Below, piece after piece: positions 56,457-64,000 of a stretch of DNA of 64,000 nucleotides. The stretch spans positions 1-64,000 of the forward strand of contig BTWA01000005.1 of NCBI GenBank assembly GCA_045863295.1. Direction: 5' to 3'. The notes under the pieces are model-generated. The model saw only the letters and a program-made list of their open reading frames with translations. It did no database searches and was not told the origin of the DNA. Source of the stretch: Candidatus Hydrogenedentota bacterium (GTDB lineage: Bacteria > Hydrogenedentota > Hydrogenedentia > Hydrogenedentales > SLHB01). A program made the translations under genes and the position numbers. Within the stretch, counting starts at the first letter, position 1. The number at the start of each line of letters is the position of its first letter.

Positions 56457-59400
56457 ATGAACCGCGACCGCAATCTGCTGTTTGGCATCCTCGCTGTTCA
56501 AATGGGGAAAGTCACGCCGTCCCAACTCGTCGAAGCAGCTGGCGCTTGGGCGGCGGACCCATCGCAAAACCTTGCTTCTCGCCTCATGAGTTCAGGTGTT
56601 CTGAAGGAAAAGGACCGCGCGTTGCTGGATGCTTTCGTGGAAGAAGCGGTAAAGGCCCACGAAGGGGACTCGGGAAAGACGCTCGCAGCCTTTGGTGGAC
56701 AGCAACAAGTGAACGCCACCTTTCACGGTTCCATCATCCTTTCGGAATCGGGCGGGGTAGATCCCGCGCCTTCGGCCCAATCTGACCGCTACGTTGACGC
56801 CACTTCGGTGCCCAGTGTGGAGGAATCGCCGGATCGCTATACCCACGTCAGTGAATACGGCCGCGGCGGCATGGGCCGTGTGCTTCTCGTGCATGACGCC
56901 TACCTCGGCCGCAACATCGCGCTTAAGGAATTGCTGCCCGGCGCGGAAGGTTCCTCCGGTCCGGCCACGCCTGCAACGCACTACATGAACATCCTGTCGC
57001 GCTTTCTTCAGGAAGCGCGCATCACGGGCCAACTCGAACATCCGTCCATCGTGCCGGTGTACGAACTCGGTCACCGATCCGACGGCACCTTGTACTACAC
57101 AATGAAACTTGTGCGCGGGCGAACGCTGCGCCAGGCCCTCGCCGAGGCCGACGGTTTGCAAGGCCGCCTGCAACTGCTGCCGCACTTCGTGGATTTGTGC
57201 AACGCCATTGCGTATGCCCACAGCCAGGGCGTCATTCACCGAGACATCAAACCCGCCAACGTCATGGTCGGAGAATTCGGCGAAACCGTTGTGCTCGACT
57301 GGGGCCTCGCCAAGTCCAGGGATCAAGCCGACGTCCACGCCGACGAAATGGCCGAAACGTTGCGCATGTGGGAGATGGCGGAACAGCCAGCTGTTATCGG
57401 TCTAACCGCCCACGGCCAAATTATGGGTACCCCCGCCTACATGGCCCCCGAACAGGCCAAAGGTCAAATCGATCAACTGGACGTCCGGACGGATGTCTAT
57501 GCGCTGGGTGTGGTCCTTTACGAACTGCTCACAGGCCAAACGCCATTTCAAGGCAAGTCCGCCAAGGAAATCCTGGACAAGGTCATCGGCGCGCAGCCCC
57601 GCCCGGTAGCCAAACTGGCATCAAACGCACCGGCTGAACTCGCGGCGATCGCCATGCGGGCGATGGACAAAAACGCGGCGAACAGGTATCAATCCGCCAA
57701 GGATTTGGCGGACGAAGTGCAACGTTTCCAGTCCGGGGCCTTAGTGAAGGCCTACGAATACACTTTCGGGGACAGGGCAACGCGGCTTATTCGGCGTCAC
57801 AAGGCGCTGATTACAACGGCGGCAGTAGCGCTGGTTGTTCTAATGGTCGCGACAGGCTTCTATGTCGTAAGCCTCACTCAGGCCAACCGATTGCTTGTCG
57901 AAGCGCGAAATACCGCTGAGGACAAGACACGAACGGAAGGCGAGGCTCGGAAAGTAGCGGAAGAAACAGTTGAGAAGTTGAAGCGCGCAAGCTATGCATC
58001 GAGCATTCAGCTTGCACAGAAACACCTTGATGCGCAGCAAAGAGATTTGGCTCGCTCGCGTCTGATGGAAACGCCCGAACATCTTCGGAACTGGGAGTGG
58101 GGCTATCTCTACCGCACCATGGACAACTCGAAATTGACGCTCACTGGTCACAAGAATGGGTTGCTCAGCGCTTCATTCAGCCCGGACGGATCGAGGATCG
58201 TTACTGCGTCCAACGACAACACGGCCAAGGTATGGGACTCGATTACCGGTGCTGAAGTGCTTACCCTTACAGGCCACAGGTTTGGTGTGAACAGCGCTTC
58301 ATTCAGCCCGGACGGATCGCGAATCGTTACTGCATCCGACGACAGCACGGCCAAGGTTTGGGATGCGACTACCGGTGCCGAAGTGCTTACGCTTACCGGC
58401 CATGGGAAGGCGGTGTACGGCGTGTCATTCAGACCGGACGGAGCGCGAGTTGTCACTGCGTCCTCGGACTTAACCGCCAAGGTTTGGGATGTGACTACCG
58501 GCGCCGAAGTGCTTACGCTTACCGGCCATAGGGAGATGGTGTACAGCGTTTCATTCAGCCCGGACGGGGTGAGAATTGTCACTGCGTCCTACGACAATAC
58601 CGCCAAGGTATAGGATGCGACTACCGGCGCCGAAGTGCTTACGCTTACCGGCCATGGGGATGTGGTGTACAGCGCGACATACAGCCCGGACGAGACGAGA
58701 ATCGTGACCGCGTCCGAAGACAGCACCGCCAAGGTATGGGATGCGACTACCGGCGCCGAAGTGCTTACGCTTACCGGCCATGGGATTGGTGTGCTCAGCG
58801 CGTCATTTAGCCCGGACGGATCGCGAATCGTCACTGCGTCCAAGGACAATACGGCCAAGGTATGGGATGCGACCACCGGTGCCGAAGTGCTTGCGCTTAC
58901 CGGCCATGGGAATAGTGTGTTCAGTGTTTCATTCAGCCCGGACGGATCGCGAATCGTTACCGCGTCCTCGGACCTAACGGCCAAGGTATGGAATGCGACT
59001 ACCGGTGCCGAAGTGCTTACGTTTGCGGGCCATGGGGATGTGGTGTACAGCGCATTATTCAGCCCGGACGGGGCGAGAATCGTCACGGCGTCCGACGACA
59101 GCACGGCCAAGGTATGGAACGCGACTACCGGTGCCGAATTGCTTACGCTTACTGGCCATGGGATTGGTGTGCTTAGCGCTTCATTCAGCCCGGACGGATC
59201 GCGAATCGTCACTGCGTCCTGGGACAACACGGCAAAGGTATGGGACGCGACTACCGGTGCCGAATTGCTTACGCTTACCGGCCATGGGAATAGTGTGTTC
59301 AGCGCTTCATTCAGCCCGGACGGATCGCGAATCGTCACTGCGTCCTTGGACAACACGGTCAAGGTTTGGGACGCGACTACCGGTGCCAAAGTGCTTACGT

Positions 59401-60545
59401 TTACCGGCCTTGGGGTGATCAGCGCTTCATTCAGCCTGGACGGGGCACGAATCGTCGCTGCATTCAGTGACGGCAAGGGCAAGGTATGGGACGCGACTAC
59501 CGGTGCCGAAGTACTTACGTTTACCGGCCATGGGAGTAGTATGCAATGCGCTTCATTCAGCCCTGACGGCGAGCGAATCGTCACTGCGTCTTGGGACAAC
59601 ACGGCCAAGGTATGGGACGCGACTACCGGCACGGAGGTGCTTACGCTTACCGGCCATGGGAGTAGTGTACACAGCGCTTCATTCGGCCCGGACGGATCGC
59701 GAATCGTCACTGCGTCCTGGGACAATACGGCCAAGGTATGGGACGCAACTCCATGGTCGACTGAATCCTGGAAAGACGACAAACAACGAGGCATGCTAGT
59801 CGAATTGGCACTGCGCGAAGCCCCGATCATTCAGCATCCGTTGTTTCTTTCCTCAAGCGAGCAGCAAGCCGTCCTTGACGCCTTGAACTCGCTCGTAAAA
59901 CGATTTCGCAATGGGTCATCCCCGGATAAGGCTCAAGGATTTCGTGACGTGGAGGGCCAAGGCATTTACATCGAAGACGCGGCGACATTGCCCGCAGTGG
60001 ATGGCATACCGCTCCGCGACGAGGACCTGATCGTCGGTGTGAACGGTAAGCGTATCGACGCAGCCGCCGAAGCGGCCCGTGTCCTGATGGAATCCATTGC
60101 CCTTCCGATCAAGGACCCGTCCGCTCCGAGGACTTCGATCTCGATCGAGGTTGTAAACCGGTTTGACCGAAAGTTGTATCGCATACCGCTTGCCGTGTTC
60201 GTGGAGACGGAGATTCGTTTCCCGCGGCAACGCATTCTTGGGATTCTGAAACTGAAGTGCACCCTGATCGATAGGCGTATGAACGACAACGCGCGCAAAT
60301 TTGGCACGGTAGATATTGAACAGGCCATCTCCGTGGACGAATTGGCCGTACCGTTGGGGTTGGAAGAAAATGATCTGGTAATTTCGCTGAACGGGCATGA
60401 GATTCGGGGATTGCCGACGCTTCTGAAAGCTTTCACCAGCACCCGGGACAAGGTTGAGGATGGATCGCTGACTTCTACCGACCTTGTCGTCTATCGCGAA
60501 GCGACTCGACAAGTTGTCACCACCAAGATCGTTGTCGATCCTTGA
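56457..60545 (+). pseudogene. Ser/Thr kinase - TM - coiled coil - 13 WD40 repeats - two PDZ-like domains, interrupted by in-frame TAG at 58611-58613
   Basis: GRGGMG, HRDIKPAN, DWG, GTPAYMAPE; ORFs 56388-58613 and 58635-60545 share a frame; TAG replaces the conserved TGG of KVWD. Confidence 0.88.
58138..59750 (+). repeat. 13 tandem 126-bp WD40-coding repeats
   Basis: Near-identical units TLTGH...SFSPDG.RIVTAS.D.TAKVWDATTGAEVL; repeat 11 is 2 codons shorter. Confidence 0.95.
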
Positions 60546-60558
60546 TCGAAACTACTGC

Positions 60559-60699
60559 CTATTGTCCACCTTGTTGTTGGTGAAACTGGATCGGGTCCTT
60601 GATGCACGCGCGTTGGCAGGCGGGGCATAGGTCGAGGGTCATGCTTTTGTAGACCGTCTCTTCGATTTCCTTGAGGTCATTGTGTTTCATCTGCTCAAT
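60559..60699 (-). pseudogene. 3' remnant of a small CxxC (Zn-binding) protein gene
   Basis: IEQMKHNDLKEIEETVYKSMTLDLCPACQRACIKDPIQF..*; only one CxxC pair, no RBS or 5' half. Confidence 0.5.
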
Positions 60700-60725
60700 G
60701 TGGGCGGTGCCGAGGCTTTGTGACG

Positions 60726-60746
60726 GCGGCAGGATTCCGCTTCTAT
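60726..60746 (-). repeat. REP copy (inverted relative to 56184) supplying the PhyH stop codon
   Basis: Minus strand ATAGAAGCGGAATCCTGCCGC, 19/21 to GTAGAAGCGGCATCCTGCCGC. Confidence 0.7.
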
Positions 60747-61594
60747 TCCCTCACCCCAAGGAACTCCCCCGGAATCCGTGACACTTCCGTGACGATGTCT
60801 GCATTCGCCCCTTCAATGATTTTGGGTTTAGGTTTGTTCCACCAACTCGGCACGGTTGGCCAGGGGAAGACGCCGTGCCATTGCAGGATGAGGGTGCGGC
60901 GTTGGTTGGACTGGTTGGCGTAGGCGGCGTGCAACAGTCGCGCGTCGTTGATGACGAGATCGCCTGCCTTGACGGGCAGATCCACCGCGTCGGGATGATC
61001 TTGAAAGGCGGGATGATCCGGCGTAGCCGCCTGGATTTCCGGGCCGTGCGCGGGGGGAAGCACGTCGTGCAGCGGAATGCGTTTTAAGTGCGTGCCGGGG
61101 ATGGCGCGCAGACAGCCATTTTCTTTGGTCGTATCGACGAGATAGTAGGAAAGGAAAATGCGCGTGGGCCATGGCAGACACGCCTTGGGATGATTCCACT
61201 CCATGAAGTCCTGATGCCAGTAAAGCGCCGGACCGTTTGCGGGTTTGCTGAGGATGAGCATCGTGTCGTCGGGCTGTTGCCCTTCGAGTCCGAGTAGCCT
61301 GCACGCTTCCCATGCTTCCGGCAAGTCGACTAGTTCATCTACCAGCGAACTGGTCAATGCGGTGTCCGGCCGGTGCAAGTCGCCGCGCGCCTGACGCCGC
61401 AACGAGTTCACGTGAAAATCGCTGCCCTGGTATTGCGTAGCCGGGTCGGCGGGGAGATTGTCGAGCAGTTCATCGCTGAAGGCACGCAGACGATTCAACA
61501 GATCGCCACGCAACACGCCGGGAATGACGCAATACCCGTCATGCAACAGTTGATCGCGCTTTTCGGTGGCCTCAAGTTCTGACAGAATGGACAT
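60743..61594 (-). CDS. Phytanoyl-CoA dioxygenase (PhyH) family Fe(II)/2OG oxygenase
   Basis: DGY, WHQD, NGCLRAIPGTH, LLHAAYAN..R. Confidence 0.92.
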   Translation of the reverse strand: MSILSELEATEKRDQLLHDGYCVIPGVLRGDLLNRLRAFSDELLDNLPADPATQYQGSDFHVNSLRRQARGDLHRPDTALTSSLVDELVDLPEAWEACRLLGLEGQQPDDTMLILSKPANGPALYWHQDFMEWNHPKACLPWPTRIFLSYYLVDTTKENGCLRAIPGTHLKRIPLHDVLPPAHGPEIQAATPDHPAFQDHPDAVDLPVKAGDLVINDARLLHAAYANQSNQRRTLILQWHGVFPWPTVPSWWNKPKPKIIEGANADIVTEVSRIPGEFLGVRE

Positions 61595-61779
61595 GCTTCA
61601 GCTCCCATGACATATACACAGATACAGCAAATCTTGCACAACGGCACTGGAAAAGCAATCTTGCCGGGTCGCGAAATCCAGCGAAATCAGACCACAATGA
61701 ACTTCCGCGCGCGTTGACATTTGCGAACGGACGCTTCTATGGTGCTGGAATTACCGGTACGGGAGGAAGGGAGCCACCC

Positions 61780-63297
61780 ATGGACGTTGTATCGCGTCGC
61801 CAGTTCTTGGCGGCCTCTACTGCCGCGGGCTTGGCCACGGCGCGTGCGGCCGCGCAACCGCCGTCCGCTCGTCCCAATATCCTGTTCGCGATAGCCGACG
61901 ATTGGTCGTGGCCGCACGCGAGTGCCTACGGCGCGCCGCAGATTCACACGCCGAATTTCGATCGCGTGGCGGCGAACGGCTGCCTGTTTACCAACGCGTT
62001 CGTGTGCGCGCCGCAATGTTCGCCCAACCGCGCCAGCATTCTCACCGGCCGTTACATCTGGGAACTGGAGGAGGCGGGCTCGCATTTCGGCTACTTTCCG
62101 TCCAAGTTCACGGTGTTTCCCGATTTGCTGGAGCAGGCCGGGTATCACATCGGCCTTACCATGAAAGGCTGGAGTCCGGGAGACCTCAAAGGTAGCGGCC
62201 GGACGCGCAATCCGGCTGGCCCCGAATTCAACAAGCAGCGTCTGGAATCCACGCCAACCGACGGCATCAATCGCGCGGACTATGCCGGTAACTTCGCGGA
62301 CTTTCTGGCGCAGAAGCCCGAAGGCCAGCCGTTCTATTTCTGGTACGGCTGCACCGAACCGCACCGCAAGTACGCCGTCGGTTCCGGAAAGGCCGCCGGC
62401 AAAGATCCCGGCAAGGTCACCGTGCCGCCGTTCCTGCCCGACACGTCAACAGTGCGCGACGATTTGCTGGACTATTACCTCGAGGTCGAGTGGTTCGACG
62501 CGCATCTCGGAAAAATGATCGACTTGCTGGAGCAAAAAGGCCTCCTGCAAAACACGCTCGTCGTGGTGACCGGCGACAACGGAATGACTTTTCCCGGCGC
62601 CAAGGCCAACGTGTATGAGTACGGCATCCACGTGCCGCTGGCAATGGCATGGGGCAAACGCATTCCCGCGGGGCAAACAGTTGAGAGCCCGGTTAGCTTT
62701 GTGGATCTTGCGCCCACGTTCCTGAATGCCGCCGGGCTGCCACCCGATCCCGTCATGACCGGACACAGTTTTCTCGGGATGGCCGCCGGTGGCCCCACGT
62801 TGGTGCGCGATCATGTGTTGGCGGGATTGGAGCGCCACAGCCATGCGCGCTACGACCATCTGGGGTATCCCATGCGCGCCATCCGGACCGCGGATTACCT
62901 GTATATCCGCAACTTCAAATCCGATCGCTGGCCCGCCGGCGATCCGCCCTATTACTTCGACATCGACGACGGCACGACCAAGCGGTTCATGATTGCCAAC
63001 CAGGACCAATTTCCCGAACTTTTTCAGCACAGCTTCGGCAAACGCCCGGAAGAAGAATTGTACGAGGTGAAGTCCGATCCTGGCTGTCTGCGAAATCTGA
63101 CCGGAAATCCGGAGTTTGATGCCGTGCGCGCATCCCTGCGAGAGCGGCTCGAAGCCGAACTCACGCGAACCAACGACCCGCGCATGTCTGGCGGGGGCGC
63201 TGTCTTCGAGAGCTATCCGTATTTCGCCAACATGCATCCCAAACTCGGCGGCTTTGCCACACGCGGCGAATACAATCCGGCGGTCCTGCCCAAATAA
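61780..63297 (+). CDS. Tat-exported formylglycine-dependent sulfatase
   Basis: SRRQFL Tat motif, PNILFAIADD, CSPNRASILTG, GDNG. Confidence 0.93.
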   Translation: MDVVSRRQFLAASTAAGLATARAAAQPPSARPNILFAIADDWSWPHASAYGAPQIHTPNFDRVAANGCLFTNAFVCAPQCSPNRASILTGRYIWELEEAGSHFGYFPSKFTVFPDLLEQAGYHIGLTMKGWSPGDLKGSGRTRNPAGPEFNKQRLESTPTDGINRADYAGNFADFLAQKPEGQPFYFWYGCTEPHRKYAVGSGKAAGKDPGKVTVPPFLPDTSTVRDDLLDYYLEVEWFDAHLGKMIDLLEQKGLLQNTLVVVTGDNGMTFPGAKANVYEYGIHVPLAMAWGKRIPAGQTVESPVSFVDLAPTFLNAAGLPPDPVMTGHSFLGMAAGGPTLVRDHVLAGLERHSHARYDHLGYPMRAIRTADYLYIRNFKSDRWPAGDPPYYFDIDDGTTKRFMIANQDQFPELFQHSFGKRPEEELYEVKSDPGCLRNLTGNPEFDAVRASLRERLEAELTRTNDPRMSGGGAVFESYPYFANMHPKLGGFATRGEYNPAVLPK

Positions 63298-63332
63298 AAA
63301 AGCGACCGCTCCGCAGGCAAAACGGAGCGGTC
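63296..63332 (-). terminator. Rho-independent terminator between convergent genes
   Basis: GACCGCTCCG..CGGAGCGGTC 10-bp stem with A-tract on + strand. Confidence 0.7.
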
Positions 63333-63363
63333 TGGGCTGGGCTGCGTGTTGCCACGCAGAAGA

Positions 63364-63999
63364 TCAATTGGCGTTGATTTGCTGGAACTTCGCCTGAATC
63401 GCGTTGGCCTCGTCCTGGGCGGTGCGGGCCTTTTCGCTCTTGCCCATCGCCACCATCAAATTGGCGTACGCGTGCAACCGGATCGCGACGTCGGGGTGCT
63501 CCGTTCCCACGGTCTCGTTTTGAATGAACTCGGCGTGCTTCAGCAATTCCTTGGCTTCATGCAGCTTGCCGCTCTCGATATACAACAGGGCCAGATTGAC
63601 CATATTGGTCGCCATGTAGGGATGCTGGCGGCGGCCGGCCTTTTCGTGAATCTTCATGGAGCGCTTCAGCAGGTTTTCCGCTTCGACCTTCTCGCCCTTG
63701 TCGTTGTGCAACAAGGCCATGCCGTTCAGGGCGCGGCACACCTCTATGTTCAACTGATCGGAATCATGAATGTCGAGCGCGCGACGATACAGGCCTTCGC
63801 ACTTTTCCCGATCGCCCGCCACGTAGTGAAGATCGCCCAGATTGTTCAGCGTCATTGGCACAAAACGGCTGCGCGGGCCGCAGTGGGTCTCACGCAGGCA
63901 CAGCGCCTGCTGGAACGCATCTTCGGCTTCGCTGTACTTGCCCAAGGCCGTCTGCGACATGCCCAGTGCATCCAACGTATCCGCTTCGCGAAAAGCGGC
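63364..63999 (-). CDS. TPR protein (kinesin-light-chain-like repeats), 5' end outside window
   Basis: TLNNLG, AENLLKRS, HPDVA TPR patterns; frame open to window edge. Confidence 0.85.
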   Translation of the reverse strand, partial: AAFREADTLDALGMSQTALGKYSEAEDAFQQALCLRETHCGPRSRFVPMTLNNLGDLHYVAGDREKCEGLYRRALDIHDSDQLNIEVCRALNGMALLHNDKGEKVEAENLLKRSMKIHEKAGRRQHPYMATNMVNLALLYIESGKLHEAKELLKHAEFIQNETVGTEHPDVAIRLHAYANLMVAMGKSEKARTAQDEANAIQAKFQQINAN

Positions 64000-64000
64000 T

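Noticed and set aside
58138..59750. CRISPR array or DGR target in the regular repeats
   Set aside because: Units are 126-bp in-frame WD40 codons without unique spacers; no cas or reverse transcriptase gene; variation is not adenine-restricted
58589..59830. Long antisense ORFs (also 30363-32258, 33963-35288, 11237-12703, 9373-10650)
   Set aside because: Shadow frames of high-GC or repetitive genes with no recognisable motifs
1..64000. Genome-wide TAG reassignment
   Set aside because: Many conserved genes end at TAG at their expected length (macrodomain, hydrolase, E1 fusion, isomerase, PhyH)

Overview
GC-rich bacterial chromosomal window. Its gene content (ECF sigma with a long C-terminal extension, PVC-type CxxCH heme protein, PEP-CTERM, Tat sulfatase, several Ser/Thr kinases) suggests a Hydrogenedentota or PVC-like organism; this is inference only. 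Housekeeping and accessory genes include a macrodomain, a NikK-M-L-Q-O type Ni/Co ECF transporter divergent from lexA, a fused E1 alpha/beta dehydrogenase, smpB, tolA/tolB, a GT-C/GT2 pair, aceE-aceF-lpdA, tandem membrane kinases, MarR-RND-TolC, lepB, DJ-1, PhyH and a sulfatase. Three things stand out. (1) A repeat-studded variable island at about 20.4-26.5 kb holds a GxxExxY nuclease bracketed by inverted repeats, a DUF4258/DUF2283 toxin-antitoxin pair between 44-bp direct repeats, a low-GC DUF2075 nuclease-helicase, and displaced gene fragments. (2) A 16-bp palindrome at the lexA promoter (CTGAAAACAGTTTCAG) recurs at 13/16 identity inside both 44-bp repeats, suggesting repeat-borne SOS boxes. 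(3) A kinase-TM-13xWD40-PDZ-like gene with HET-E-like hypervariable repeats and an in-frame TAG lies between two inverted GTAG-type REPs. No rRNA, tRNA, CRISPR array, integrase or transposase was recognised. All family calls are by motif recognition, not database search.
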